In this document: piece by piece, positions 47,925-57,928 of the stretch
Numbering within the stretch: position 1 is the stretch's first letter
How the letters are laid out: each line of letters starts with the position of its first letter
IMG/VR virus record: IMGVR_UViG_3300031612_000002
Location: 1 to 64,000 of that record
Length of the DNA stretch: 64,000 bases
Reading direction: 5' to 3' (one strand)
Source: an uncultured virus (IMG/VR IMGVR_UViG_3300031612_000002)
Lineage: Duplodnaviria > Heunggongvirae > Uroviricota > Caudoviricetes
Notes under the pieces: generated by a model
The model's input: only the letters and a program-made list of their open reading frames with translations
Database searches by the model: none
What the model was told of the DNA's origin: nothing
Position numbers and translations under genes: made by a program

Positions 47925-48617
47925 ATGACAACTGAAACAAAATTACAGCAACAACGAAAAGGAAATCTAGCAGATCTTCCTATATTACTGGCTGGTGAAT
48001 TAGGATATGCATTAGATGCAAAACGATTATTCATTGGTAATACAGTATCATCTCTTAATGGTGACGGCTCGACAGTCGGACACGATTTTGGTGTTGATTT
48101 AGATGAGGCGCATGGTACTTCATACAAAATATATGTAGATGGTGTGGAGACAACTAATTACACCACAAATAATTTTCTAGTTACGTTTACAGTTGCACCA
48201 CCTGTCGGAACAGGTAATATTCAATTATATCATAATTCAGAAATCTTTCTATTTGAACCAGACGTAGGCTTAGATATTCCTGGTCTTGTGGGCATTACTG
48301 GTCCAGCAACCGATGCGAATATTGCTACTATCTCATTTGATGTAACTAGATATGATAACGTAGACATACGATATTCATTGCGGAATGCCGTAGGACATAT
48401 TCGTAAAGGTGTATTGAGTATTGCAGTTAATGCAGCAAACAACGCAAGCACAATTTCAGATAATTACACAACTGATGCAACTACTGTAGGTAATTTATTA
48501 GATCACGCATTCACTGGTATCATTGATAATGGTATATATACACTTCAATATACTACAACTGATACTGAAATTGCAAACTTATCATGGTTAACTGACAACT
48601 TCAAAGCGACAGTATAA
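47925..48617 (+). CDS. Hypothetical virion structural protein
   Basis: QRKG..LPILLAGELGYALDAKRLFIGN motif is common in tail/baseplate proteins; late motif at 47894. Confidence 0.65.
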   Translation: MTTETKLQQQRKGNLADLPILLAGELGYALDAKRLFIGNTVSSLNGDGSTVGHDFGVDLDEAHGTSYKIYVDGVETTNYTTNNFLVTFTVAPPVGTGNIQLYHNSEIFLFEPDVGLDIPGLVGITGPATDANIATISFDVTRYDNVDIRYSLRNAVGHIRKGVLSIAVNAANNASTISDNYTTDATTVGNLLDHAFTGIIDNGIYTLQYTTTDTEIANLSWLTDNFKATV

Positions 48618-48619
48618 GT

Positions 48620-49066
48620 ATGAGTGTAAATACAATATGGCAATTAATGCCAAAAGAAAGACTCACGGAGTGGAAAGCATTTCGTACCGAGTTGAACAAG
48701 TTAGATGATACATCTAATGAAGAATTTTTACAAACTCTAGTAGATTGGTGGCGTTTAGCACCACTGTCTAATAGAGTAATAGACCCATACAATTCAGAAG
48801 AATGGCCCAACCCTTGGGATTTATTATGGAATGGTCTATATGATGAAAATGTGATTGCGCTTGGAATGGCATACACACTAGAGTTATGTGATTGGTCTTG
48901 TGATATACTATTAGTACAGGATGCAGGAAAATCGCGAGTGGGACTAGTAATACGGTTAAACGACGAATATATACTAAATCATAATTATGGTATAGTAGAT
49001 AAAGTGTCCGTATTAGATAAATGTGAAATTTTGAATACATGGTATTCAGACGACTTAGTAAAATAA
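48620..49066 (+). CDS. Hypothetical protein
   Basis: 148-aa ORF; WPNPWDLL. Confidence 0.75.
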   Translation: MSVNTIWQLMPKERLTEWKAFRTELNKLDDTSNEEFLQTLVDWWRLAPLSNRVIDPYNSEEWPNPWDLLWNGLYDENVIALGMAYTLELCDWSCDILLVQDAGKSRVGLVIRLNDEYILNHNYGIVDKVSVLDKCEILNTWYSDDLVK

Positions 49067-49100
49067 TAGTAATATTGAAACCAAACGGGTAAGGATATAA

Positions 49101-51398
49101 ATGAAGGAAATCATGGTACAAAAGCGCAACGGCGCTAGAGAACCACTTGACTTGGATAAATTACACAAGGTTGTGTTTTATGCTTGCAACGATATTGCAG
49201 GTGTTAGTCCGTCGGAAGTGGAAATCAAAAGTAGTATTCAGTTTTTTAACGGAATCACAACTAACGAAATTCAAGAAACATTAATTAAAGCAGCAGCAGA
49301 TTTAATCACCGAAGAAACACCAAACTATCAATGGGTAGCAGGACGATTAATCAATTATCATTTGCGCAAGCAAGTGTACAATGACTTTAAACCTGCACAC
49401 TTGATTAATGTTATAGAAGATAATATTGAACGTGGGTATTATGATGATGAAATTCTTTCATTATATTCGTCAGACGAGATTGACCAACTAAACAATTACA
49501 TCAAGCATTATCGTGACGAAGATATCGCATATGTAGGCATGGAACAATTCCGTGGCAAATACTTAGTGCAAAATCGAGTGACAGGTCAACTCTTTGAAAC
49601 TCCTCAAATCGCATACATGATGATTGCAGCGACATTATTTGGTAGTTATACGAATAATCGCATGAAATGGGTTAAAGATTACTATGATGCAATCAGTACA
49701 TTTGATATTTCACTTCCTACGCCTGTTATGGCTGGTGTTCGCACTAATGTACGTCAGTTCAGTTCATGTGTACTAATTGAATCAGATGATAGTCTAGATA
49801 GTATTAATGCAACAGCAAACGCCGTTGTAAAGTATGTATCTCAAAAGGCAGGCATTGGAATTGGCGCAGGGCGCATTCGTGCGATCAACTCTCCTATTCG
49901 AAATGGAGACGCAGCACACACAGGTGTTATCCCATTCTATAAGATGTTTCAATCATCAGTTAAAAGCTGTTCACAGGGCGGCGTACGCGGCGGAGCAGCG
50001 ACATTGTACTATCCATTATGGCATCTAGAAGTAGAAGACATGTTGGTGTTAAAGAACAACAAAGGTACTGAAGATAATCGAGTAAGGCATTTGGATTACG
50101 GGGTACAAGTTAATAAACTTATGTACGAACGTTTGATTACTGGTGGCAACATTACATTATTCAGTCCTAGTGATGTCCCTGGATTATATGATTCATACTT
50201 CGAAGATCAAGAAAAATTTAAAGAATTGTACGAGAAGGCTGAACGTAATTCAAAAATTCGCAAGAAGGTAATTACTGCAATTGAATTATTTTCTATCTTT
50301 ATGCAAGAGCGAAAGAATACTGGTCGAATCTATTTGATGAATGTAGACAATGTAAATGAGCATAGTTCATTCAAGCAAGAATTAGCACCTGTTCGTCAGA
50401 GTAATTTATGTGCAGAGATTACATTACCTACCTCTCCTATGACAGATATATTTAAAGGTGATGGAGAAGTTGCTACTTGTACATTATCAGCAATAAATTG
50501 GGGTAATATCAAATCATTAGCAGATTTTCAGAAGCCGTGTGAATTGGCAGTACGAGGACTTGATGCATTATTGAGTTATCAGAATTACCCAGTACTAGCA
50601 GCAGAATTAGGAACACAAAAGCGTCGACCGCTTGGAGTTGGTATTATCAACTTCGCATATTGGCTTGCAAAGCATGACACCAATTACACAGATCCTGATC
50701 TTGAATTAGTAGACGAATGGACAGAAGCATGGTCATACTACTTGATTAAAGCATCAGCCGATTTAGCGATTGAACAAGGACAGTGTCCAGGATTCAATGA
50801 AACTAAATATAGCGATGGTATTTTGCCAATAGATACTCGTAAAAAAGAAGTAGACGAATTGGTAGCACACAAAGAGCGTATGCCATGGGATGCGTTACGA
50901 GCGCAAATAAAAGAAACTGGTATTCGCAATAGTACATTGATGGCATTGATGCCAGCAGAGACATCGGCACAGATAAGTAACAGTACGAATGGAATTGAAC
51001 CACCACGATCTTTGGTAAGTATTAAGCAATCAAAGCATGGTGTATTAAAGCAAGTAGTTCCTGGCATACATCGATTAAAGAATAAGTATGAATTATTATG
51101 GGATCAACAGTCACCAGAAGGTTATTTAAAGATTGTATCGATATTACAGAAATATATTGATCAAGCGATCAGTGTAAATACTAGTTACAATCCTATATAT
51201 TTTGAAGATGAAAAGATTCCGATGAGTGTCATGATGAAGCACTTGTTAATGTTCTACCGTTATGGTGGTAAGAATCTTTATTACTTTAATACATATGATG
51301 GACAGGGTGAGGTTGATATTAATAAAATGAATGCAGATCCTTTAGCACAAGCGGATCTAAGTGAGATAGACGACGACTGCGATAGTTGCACGATATAA
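49101..51398 (+). CDS. nrdA: Ribonucleotide reductase class Ia alpha subunit
   Basis: ATP-cone VQKRNG, RQFSSC, SCSQGGVRGG, SNLCAEI, MPAETS, LYY and C-terminal CDSC. Confidence 0.97.
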   Translation: MKEIMVQKRNGAREPLDLDKLHKVVFYACNDIAGVSPSEVEIKSSIQFFNGITTNEIQETLIKAAADLITEETPNYQWVAGRLINYHLRKQVYNDFKPAHLINVIEDNIERGYYDDEILSLYSSDEIDQLNNYIKHYRDEDIAYVGMEQFRGKYLVQNRVTGQLFETPQIAYMMIAATLFGSYTNNRMKWVKDYYDAISTFDISLPTPVMAGVRTNVRQFSSCVLIESDDSLDSINATANAVVKYVSQKAGIGIGAGRIRAINSPIRNGDAAHTGVIPFYKMFQSSVKSCSQGGVRGGAATLYYPLWHLEVEDMLVLKNNKGTEDNRVRHLDYGVQVNKLMYERLITGGNITLFSPSDVPGLYDSYFEDQEKFKELYEKAERNSKIRKKVITAIELFSIFMQERKNTGRIYLMNVDNVNEHSSFKQELAPVRQSNLCAEITLPTSPMTDIFKGDGEVATCTLSAINWGNIKSLADFQKPCELAVRGLDALLSYQNYPVLAAELGTQKRRPLGVGIINFAYWLAKHDTNYTDPDLELVDEWTEAWSYYLIKASADLAIEQGQCPGFNETKYSDGILPIDTRKKEVDELVAHKERMPWDALRAQIKETGIRNSTLMALMPAETSAQISNSTNGIEPPRSLVSIKQSKHGVLKQVVPGIHRLKNKYELLWDQQSPEGYLKIVSILQKYIDQAISVNTSYNPIYFEDEKIPMSVMMKHLLMFYRYGGKNLYYFNTYDGQGEVDINKMNADPLAQADLSEIDDDCDSCTI

Positions 51399-51416
51399 CG
51401 GAATATAAATATAGAT

Positions 51417-52547
51417 ATGAGCATTTTTAATATAACAAAAAAAGCGGATTACACGAAATCATTAGCATTTCTTGATCCAGGTGGGAGAGTAAGTTTACAA
51501 CGGTACGATGTTCTCAAATACAAGCAATTTGATAAATTAACCGAAAAGCAATTGGGATTCTTTTGGATCCCTGATGAAGTTGATGTTACAAAAGATTCTA
51601 ATGATTTCAAGCAATTAACTGCAAATGAACAGCATATATTCACATCTAATCTAAAGCGTCAAATCCTTTTAGATAGTGTACAAGGTCGTGCACCTAGTGA
51701 AGCATTCGGTTCTATCGTTAGTCTACCAGAATTAGAAACATGGATTCAAACATGGACGTTTAACGAGACGATACATAGTAAATCATATACGCATATTATT
51801 CGTAATATATATTCTGATCCGTCTATTATCTTTGATGAAATCTTAGACATTAAAGAAATCGTTGATTGTGCATCTGCCATTTCGGTAAATTATGATGCTC
51901 TAATTGATCAAGCCGCTTGGTACAATTTACTAGGCGAAGGCGTACATAAGGTTAATGGCAGAGAAATCACTGTTGACCTGTACGAGTTAAAGAAGTCGTT
52001 ATACAAGGCAGTAATGGGTGTAAACATACTAGAAGGTGTTCGCTTCTATGTATCGTTTGCATGTAGTTGGGCGTTTGCAGAACTTAAAAAGATGGAAGGT
52101 AATGCAAAAATTATCAAGTTTATTGCGCGTGATGAGAATCTACATTTAGCGTTCACACAATCATTATTAAAGATCTTACCAAAAGACGACCCAGATTATA
52201 TTAAGATCGCAAAAGAAACTGAAGAAGAATGTATTCAGATGTTTGTAGATGCAATTGAACAAGAGAAGCAATGGGCAGAATATCTATTTAAAGATGGTTC
52301 AATGATTGGGTTAAATGCTCAACTATTGGGTGAATATGTAGAATGGATTGGGTGTAAGCGAATGGTGGCAGTGGGATTATCTTGTCCATATAAAGTACCG
52401 CAAGCAAACCCACTACCTTGGACACAAAAATGGATTGCTGGTGCAGAAGTACAAGTGGCACCACAAGAAGTACAACTATCGTCATATATTATAGGCGGTG
52501 TAACATCGGACGTTACTAAAGATACCTTTACGGGTATGTCATTATAA
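51417..52547 (+). CDS. nrdB: Ribonucleotide reductase class Ia beta subunit
   Basis: FFWIPDEV, LDSVQGR, ETIHSKSY, LEGVRFYVSF, RDENLH and VAPQE. Confidence 0.97.
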   Translation: MSIFNITKKADYTKSLAFLDPGGRVSLQRYDVLKYKQFDKLTEKQLGFFWIPDEVDVTKDSNDFKQLTANEQHIFTSNLKRQILLDSVQGRAPSEAFGSIVSLPELETWIQTWTFNETIHSKSYTHIIRNIYSDPSIIFDEILDIKEIVDCASAISVNYDALIDQAAWYNLLGEGVHKVNGREITVDLYELKKSLYKAVMGVNILEGVRFYVSFACSWAFAELKKMEGNAKIIKFIARDENLHLAFTQSLLKILPKDDPDYIKIAKETEEECIQMFVDAIEQEKQWAEYLFKDGSMIGLNAQLLGEYVEWIGCKRMVAVGLSCPYKVPQANPLPWTQKWIAGAEVQVAPQEVQLSSYIIGGVTSDVTKDTFTGMSL

Positions 52548-52574
52548 TAAAATAACAATTATGGAGAAGAAAGT

Positions 52575-52808
52575 ATGGTAGAAGTTTATTCAAAAGATAA
52601 TTGTGCATTTTGCACTAAAGCGAAAGTATTGCTTGAAACTCAGCATATGGAGTTTGTAGAAAAGAAGATCGGTATTGATGTAACACGTGAGCAATTATTA
52701 GCAATTGCACCACTTGCACGCACTGTACCACAAATAGTAATTGATGGAACCGTCATTGGCGGATATGATCAATTAGCCCAATACCTTAAAGGAAGTGAAG
52801 AATGTTAA
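52575..52808 (+). CDS. Glutaredoxin
   Basis: CAFC, TVPQI and IGGY. Confidence 0.92.
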   Translation: MVEVYSKDNCAFCTKAKVLLETQHMEFVEKKIGIDVTREQLLAIAPLARTVPQIVIDGTVIGGYDQLAQYLKGSEEC

Positions 52809-53098
52809 TAGAAGTACCTTACAGAGATGGCGATGTCATCAGTATTAAACTAGCCAGCGGTGAAGAAATGGTAGCACGTCTTGATAAAGAGACTACTGAT
52901 ACATTGGTTTTATCTAAGCCTACGATGTTGATTGCAACAGATGGTGGAATGGGAATGGCTCCATTCATGTTTACCTCGTCGATTGACGCAAAATACACAA
53001 TGAGACTTAACGGTGTTATTTGTATCGTTAAAACAGAAGAAGAAACTGCTAAGATGTATAGCGAGAAAACTTCTGGTATTGTGATGGCAGGCGCATAA
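52802..53098 (+). CDS. Small beta-barrel (Sm-like) hypothetical protein
   Basis: ISIKLASGEEMVARL..LSKP pattern. Confidence 0.6.
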   Translation: MLIEVPYRDGDVISIKLASGEEMVARLDKETTDTLVLSKPTMLIATDGGMGMAPFMFTSSIDAKYTMRLNGVICIVKTEEETAKMYSEKTSGIVMAGA

Positions 53099-53099
53099 T

Positions 53100-53402
53100 A
53101 TGGCTAAGGGCGTAGCGAGAGTAGGAGATCGTACATTCGGCACTTGTACTGCGCATTTAACCACTATAACGACCGGAGGTACAATTACTTCTGGTTCGTC
53201 GACAATTGTTGTCAATGACAAGCCTTGTGCAAGATTGGGCGATACTGTTACAGCGGATTGTGGTCACACTAGTGTGATTACGTCTGCTAGCGGTGATGTC
53301 ATTGGTGATAACCCAGCAGTAGCAAGAATCGGTGATTCAGTAGGTAACGGACCGTATACTGCAACAATCATATCAGCGTCGACTGATGTGTTCGCAAATT
53401 AA
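53100..53402 (+). CDS. PAAR-repeat baseplate spike tip protein (T4 gp5.4-like)
   Basis: VARVGD, PCARLGD and VARIGD repeats with Cys/His metal ligands. Confidence 0.88.
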   Translation: MAKGVARVGDRTFGTCTAHLTTITTGGTITSGSSTIVVNDKPCARLGDTVTADCGHTSVITSASGDVIGDNPAVARIGDSVGNGPYTATIISASTDVFAN

Positions 53403-53425
53403 ATAAAAAACATTCATAAAAAGCC

Positions 53426-53487
53426 TTGACAAGTAAGGCTCTTCACGCTATAATAGTTAAGTAAGTTAATCAAAGCGAGCAACTATT
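53426..53487 (+). promoter_or_regulatory. sigma70-type early promoter with conserved leader
   Basis: TTGACA-N17-TATAAT, then agttaagtaagttaatcaaagcgagcaactattATG. Confidence 0.9.
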
Positions 53488-53688
53488 ATGAACAACAAAA
53501 CTGAAACATTTATCTCATACCTTCTTGATTTTTACGGTAAAGGCGGAATCTACGATTTCGGTGCTACACGTGACGATATTCTGTTGGCGCTAGGAATGCG
53601 TCTATCTAAGTTTCCTGATATGGATTTTGATGGCGATTCAATGGATCGTGAATACGTTCGTGATATCATGCTAGCAAATCGCCCATAG
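53488..53688 (+). CDS. Hypothetical early protein
   Basis: 66 aa; FDGDSMDREYVRD. Confidence 0.75.
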   Translation: MNNKTETFISYLLDFYGKGGIYDFGATRDDILLALGMRLSKFPDMDFDGDSMDREYVRDIMLANRP

Positions 53689-53698
53689 GAGAAATCAA

Positions 53699-53842
53699 TT
53701 GAAGACATCAAGATTAGACTGGATTATTGTTAAAAGTGGCAGTTCATGGACTGCTACCTATAAACCAGATGGAACTGTATTAACTGCAAAAACCAAATCG
53801 GCACTAATGCCAGAAATTATTAAATTTGAACAACAACTATAG
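53699..53842 (+). CDS. Small hypothetical protein (47 aa; absent from the track)
   Basis: AGGAG RBS then TTG: MKTSRLDWIIVKSGSSWTATYKPDG...; fills the gap. Confidence 0.6.
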   Translation: MKTSRLDWIIVKSGSSWTATYKPDGTVLTAKTKSALMPEIIKFEQQL

Positions 53843-53854
53843 GAAGTAACATAT

Positions 53855-54142
53855 ATGCGAGCTGAATTATACGAAGATGGAATTAAGCGAATCAATACGA
53901 AAATTGTAGTACCAATGGATATCACCGATGTAGCAGATTATATTCTAAGTGCGGTACAATCGGGAACTGTGCGACCGTATATGGTGACTAGTCTCAACAA
54001 GCGACAATTATTACAAGTAGCGAAATTTGCAGTCGAGAGTGATGGAATCCATCGACCTAAAGAGAGTCTTATTGACATTGATGCACTAGTAGAAGCAAGA
54101 GTACGAACCTATGTTGGGGATATGTTCCCAGAGTTGATGTAG
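53855..54142 (+). CDS. Hypothetical protein
   Basis: AGGA RBS, 95 aa. Confidence 0.7.
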   Translation: MRAELYEDGIKRINTKIVVPMDITDVADYILSAVQSGTVRPYMVTSLNKRQLLQVAKFAVESDGIHRPKESLIDIDALVEARVRTYVGDMFPELM

Positions 54143-54157
54143 GTAGGGGATTAATAT

Positions 54158-54325
54158 ATGGAAGACTATGATTATGCTAAATATGATGAAATAATTGAAG
54201 AATATAAATCACTTACAGACCGCCGTTATGTCAGCAAATTAAACAAAAAAGGCAAATTGAAGATAAAGTCAGGCGTACTTGGCGTTGATGTATTACAGCA
54301 TATTAATAAACTGGGAGAACAATAA
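54158..54325 (+). CDS. Small hypothetical protein (55 aa; absent from the track)
   Basis: GGGGA RBS; MEDYDYAKYDEII...; stop overlaps the next ATG (TAATG). Confidence 0.6.
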   Translation: MEDYDYAKYDEIIEEYKSLTDRRYVSKLNKKGKLKIKSGVLGVDVLQHINKLGEQ

Positions 54326-54846
54326 TGAAAAATTATAAAAGAGCAATCGTATTAGGTGGTGTATTACTATTATCCACCGTGGTGACTACAGTAGCGTCGG
54401 CAGAGACATATATGCAGACCGCAGTGGTAAAATCTATACAGACAGTATACAGTAATGTCATTGTACAAAAACCCGTAGAAGTATGTACAAATGTTAATGT
54501 GCCTATCTATGGGGAGACGAATGATGCAAGTACAGCCGATGTCCTCGCAGGCGCGATTTTTGGAGGTCTGATAGGTAACAGCGTTGGTGGTGGTAAAGGC
54601 AAAGATGCAGCGACATTGCTTGGTGCAATTGCTGGTGCAGATATTGCGAAGAAGAAGTCGTCTAATAAGATTATTGGTTATCAGAATCAACGTCAATGTA
54701 ACACTAGTTACACTACAGAAACTATCAAGCAATATGATGGTAGTGTAGTTGTTGCTGAATATAACAAAATGAAGTTATCATTCAAAACGAATAAACTATT
54801 CAAGGTTGGTGATTATATTTCTGTTAGAGTTTCCATTGAATTCTAA
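54325..54846 (+). CDS. Exported glycine-zipper 2TM protein (YcfJ-like)
   Basis: Signal peptide (ASA/E); GAIFGGLIGNSVGGGKGKDAATLLGAIAG flanked by two Cys. Confidence 0.85.
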   Translation: MKNYKRAIVLGGVLLLSTVVTTVASAETYMQTAVVKSIQTVYSNVIVQKPVEVCTNVNVPIYGETNDASTADVLAGAIFGGLIGNSVGGGKGKDAATLLGAIAGADIAKKKSSNKIIGYQNQRQCNTSYTTETIKQYDGSVVVAEYNKMKLSFKTNKLFKVGDYISVRVSIEF

Positions 54847-54902
54847 TGAGTAATCCAATTATTGTAATCAATGTGAATATGACATTGAAAAGTGATAACT
54901 AA
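54846..54902 (+). pseudogene. Truncated duplicate of the 5' end of gene 56431
   Basis: MSNPIIVINVNMTLKSDN* versus MNPIIVINVNMASKGHQ. Confidence 0.75.
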
Positions 54903-54947
54903 ATAAAGATATTACAACACAATCAACCAATTTACAAGGAACAAGAC

Positions 54948-56387
54948 ATGAAAGAATATTATGCGGATTTATATGCGAATAATCCAACTCACACTTTACG
55001 AAATGACGATGCTATTGCATTATCTGCTAACGGCAATGAAATCACATATGCTGAATTTAATAAGAGGATGAAAGAAGTTGCGTCTAATCTAGCAGATGCT
55101 GGTATCACCGATAAACATCGCGTCTTGGTAATCGCAGAGGAATCAGATATGATATCCTCTGTGGTACTAGCATGGGCTGCGATGTATCTGGATGCTAGTC
55201 CGGCTAATACAACAAGTTTACAGAGTAATAGGGAAATTGATATAAAGCGACGATCAGCTAATTGTAGTGCTGTGTTATGGGTCGATGGTACTATCGATAT
55301 ATGCGCAGATCTGAAAAATATTACTAAATCACATACAGGAGAGAAATCTGTATATTTTAGTAGTGGTACCACTAGAACAGACGGCGATCTGTATTCAATG
55401 GTACCCGGCAGATATACATACCAGACTGACTACGAACGAGGTGCCGCAATAATAGATGAAATTATTTTAGCAAATAATATGCTTGGCGACGAGTATACAC
55501 AACTTGTAACAGTATGTAGTTCATCATGGGACGTAGCATGGACGCCTCAGATAGTAACCAAATGCTTATTAACTGGAGGATCCTTTCATTGGGTACAGAC
55601 TGATAAAGAAGTTCCTGCCGCACATGCGAAATACAAGGCAAATATGATGTCTGTCTATCCGAGTCAAGCTCATCGACTATGCGAATTTGAATATGATTCT
55701 CCAATAGATTACATTGATATCTCTGGTGGTGTAGTATCGAGCGATTTAGTTGAAAGTATACAACGAACAATGAAACCCCATACAATATGCGACTGGTTCG
55801 GGACTGTAGGTACAGGCGTTATGCTTTGTAATGTAATCAAAGAGGGTGCTACTCGTGGTGATTGGTTTACTCCATTCACGGACACAAACTTGAAAATGAG
55901 ATTAACAGACAGCGGTGTAATTTGGTCGTGTCGAGGAACTGAATGGCATTCTGATAATGATGTATTTGAAGAAAAAGATGGAAAATATAGATATACCGGA
56001 CGCACGAGTGAAGAATTTATATCGTTTGGAGGAGGGAAGATCTATCCTTGGGAAGTTGAAACTTACATACGAGAGTTATCTATAGCAGAAGCGACCACTA
56101 CTGATCAGGTATACGTATTTCCCATGAACGGATTGAACGACTACGACAGACATGGATTGGTATATAGCGGCGATCTAAGCATCGATATGGTAGGAGATAT
56201 GGTCACACAACTAACCAAATACAAGCGTCCAGAGCAAATATTCCAAGTGTCGCATGAATTTTGGGGACTGTATCTTAAAGTCGGAAGAAATAGTATGGCA
56301 AGTCGTTTAAAAGCACACCCTGATCATATATTGCATACAATTCATACGCACATGCTCGTCAACAAGATAATTAATAATGGCGACTGA
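54948..56387 (+). CDS. AMP-binding (ANL superfamily) acyl-CoA synthetase-like enzyme, divergent
   Basis: ITYAEF, YFSSGTT (A3 loop), ISGG, WFGT, YTGR and GGKIYPWEVE. Confidence 0.75.
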   Translation: MKEYYADLYANNPTHTLRNDDAIALSANGNEITYAEFNKRMKEVASNLADAGITDKHRVLVIAEESDMISSVVLAWAAMYLDASPANTTSLQSNREIDIKRRSANCSAVLWVDGTIDICADLKNITKSHTGEKSVYFSSGTTRTDGDLYSMVPGRYTYQTDYERGAAIIDEIILANNMLGDEYTQLVTVCSSSWDVAWTPQIVTKCLLTGGSFHWVQTDKEVPAAHAKYKANMMSVYPSQAHRLCEFEYDSPIDYIDISGGVVSSDLVESIQRTMKPHTICDWFGTVGTGVMLCNVIKEGATRGDWFTPFTDTNLKMRLTDSGVIWSCRGTEWHSDNDVFEEKDGKYRYTGRTSEEFISFGGGKIYPWEVETYIRELSIAEATTTDQVYVFPMNGLNDYDRHGLVYSGDLSIDMVGDMVTQLTKYKRPEQIFQVSHEFWGLYLKVGRNSMASRLKAHPDHILHTIHTHMLVNKIINNGD

Positions 56388-56403
56388 TATTTAATATCAG
56401 TCG
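56381..56403. repeat. Perfect 11-bp inverted repeat at the end of the ANL gene
   Basis: cgactgatatt-t-aatatcagtcg. Confidence 0.8.
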
Positions 56404-56430
56404 TAATATTACACACAAACAGAGAACCAC

Positions 56431-57063
56431 ATGAACCCAATTATCGTAATCAATGTGAATATGGCATCGAAAGGTCATCAAATTGGCAGACTAATTGCAA
56501 GTTGTTCTAATGTCGTATGGTACAACCACAAGGACAACGGAAGTAATCCATGGGACCCATGCAATGGAATATTAAATTCAGAACTTAGTGGATTTCATTT
56601 TGATAGAAGATTTGCAGACTCAACAACTATTCCTCCTGTATTGGATTATGCAACGCGTAGTGGATTACCAGAAAGACCAGAATTATCATTTGATAGATGT
56701 AATGATGGACAGTTTATGATATACGTGACACATAGTGACTTAGATAAATCAAGAAATTATTTTAAAGGACAGCACCTAGTTGTATTAGACACGGATTTTG
56801 AAAGATTCATGAGTACATCATGGAATTTTAGAGTTGGTAAAACAAAAAAACTCATTAGCGAGTTGTACACTATCGATGAGGCGGAAAATATGCTAGCAAA
56901 CACATTAAAAAATTATGAAACGAATGTAAATTCGAATGATTTCGTAATAGATACGATTGACGACTTACTTGATATAGATAATTTTAAATTGTTATGTGAA
57001 AAATTTAGTCTTGAATTCAACGAAGATAGATATAATAAAGTAAGAATATTTTTAAGAAAATAA
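56431..57063 (+). CDS. Hypothetical protein (weak P-loop/sulfotransferase-like N-terminus)
   Basis: IIVINVNMASKGHQIGRLI strand-loop-helix pattern; function unsure. Confidence 0.65.
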   Translation: MNPIIVINVNMASKGHQIGRLIASCSNVVWYNHKDNGSNPWDPCNGILNSELSGFHFDRRFADSTTIPPVLDYATRSGLPERPELSFDRCNDGQFMIYVTHSDLDKSRNYFKGQHLVVLDTDFERFMSTSWNFRVGKTKKLISELYTIDEAENMLANTLKNYETNVNSNDFVIDTIDDLLDIDNFKLLCEKFSLEFNEDRYNKVRIFLRK

Positions 57064-57084
57064 AACATTAATTCAAATAAACGT

Positions 57085-57149
57085 TTGACAAGCAATACTT
57101 ATTGTTGTATAATATTTAAGTAAATTAATAAAGTCAAGCGAGAAAGATT
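57085..57149 (+). promoter_or_regulatory. sigma70-type early promoter with conserved leader
   Basis: TTGACA-N17-TATAAT, then atttaagtaaattaat..aagcgagaaagattATG. Confidence 0.88.
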
Positions 57150-57362
57150 ATGAATGCTGTACAAATTGCAAAGATGGTCATTGATAATGGTTATTTGAAT
57201 GATGGAGAAAATCGATATGAAGACAATTCTATTAACTGGAATTTCGTGTCTGCTGATTTGCACATCGATTCTCCGTTAGAATTTTCACATGACGCAGAAG
57301 AAGAAGCGTTCGATTTATTACAAGACTGTATAAATCAGTTTCGCATGAAGGCGCTACACTAA
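57150..57362 (+). CDS. Hypothetical early protein
   Basis: 70 aa; INWNFVSAD. Confidence 0.75.
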   Translation: MNAVQIAKMVIDNGYLNDGENRYEDNSINWNFVSADLHIDSPLEFSHDAEEEAFDLLQDCINQFRMKALH

Positions 57363-57910
57363 TGAATTTATTCATACTTGATAACGACCCTACCAAGGCA
57401 GCCCAACTACAATGTGATAAGCATGTAGTCAAAATGATTTTAGAGTCAGCACAGATGTTGTCTACAGTTCATCGTATGTTAGATGGTAAGTTGTACACAG
57501 CCCCATCTAATTCTGGCAAGCGCATGGTAAAGAAATGGTCACATCCCATCCATGACGATGTATTGTATAAAGCGGTACATATGTATCATCCGTGTACTGA
57601 GTGGACACTTGAATCGGACAGCAACTATCAATGGCATTATGCTCATTTCATTGCATTATGTGACGAATACACGCATCGCTATGGAAAAGTACATGCATCA
57701 GATACTAAACTACGTACAGTACTTAAATCAATTCCTACCAATATCGTAAGCAAATCAAAGACTGAATTCAGGCTTGCGATGCAATCTAATCCAGAATGTA
57801 TACATCCTGGCGATGCGGTTAGATCGTATCGCGAGTACTATATGACTAAGCAATCTAGATTTAAAATGACATGGACAGGTCGTTCAATGCCTACATGGTT
57901 TATATCTTAA
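57362..57910 (+). CDS. Pyrimidine dimer DNA glycosylase / endonuclease V family protein
   Basis: MNLFILD..DKHVVKMILESAQML, YK..HMYHPCTEW, EYTHRYGKVH and SYREYY. Confidence 0.8.
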   Translation: MNLFILDNDPTKAAQLQCDKHVVKMILESAQMLSTVHRMLDGKLYTAPSNSGKRMVKKWSHPIHDDVLYKAVHMYHPCTEWTLESDSNYQWHYAHFIALCDEYTHRYGKVHASDTKLRTVLKSIPTNIVSKSKTEFRLAMQSNPECIHPGDAVRSYREYYMTKQSRFKMTWTGRSMPTWFIS

Positions 57911-57928
57911 TTAATATGGAACACACTA

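Noticed and set aside
23062..52547. Introns or inteins in terL, uvsX, helicase, nrdA or nrdB
   Set aside because: All are uninterrupted and of ordinary length, with no splicing or homing endonuclease motifs seen.
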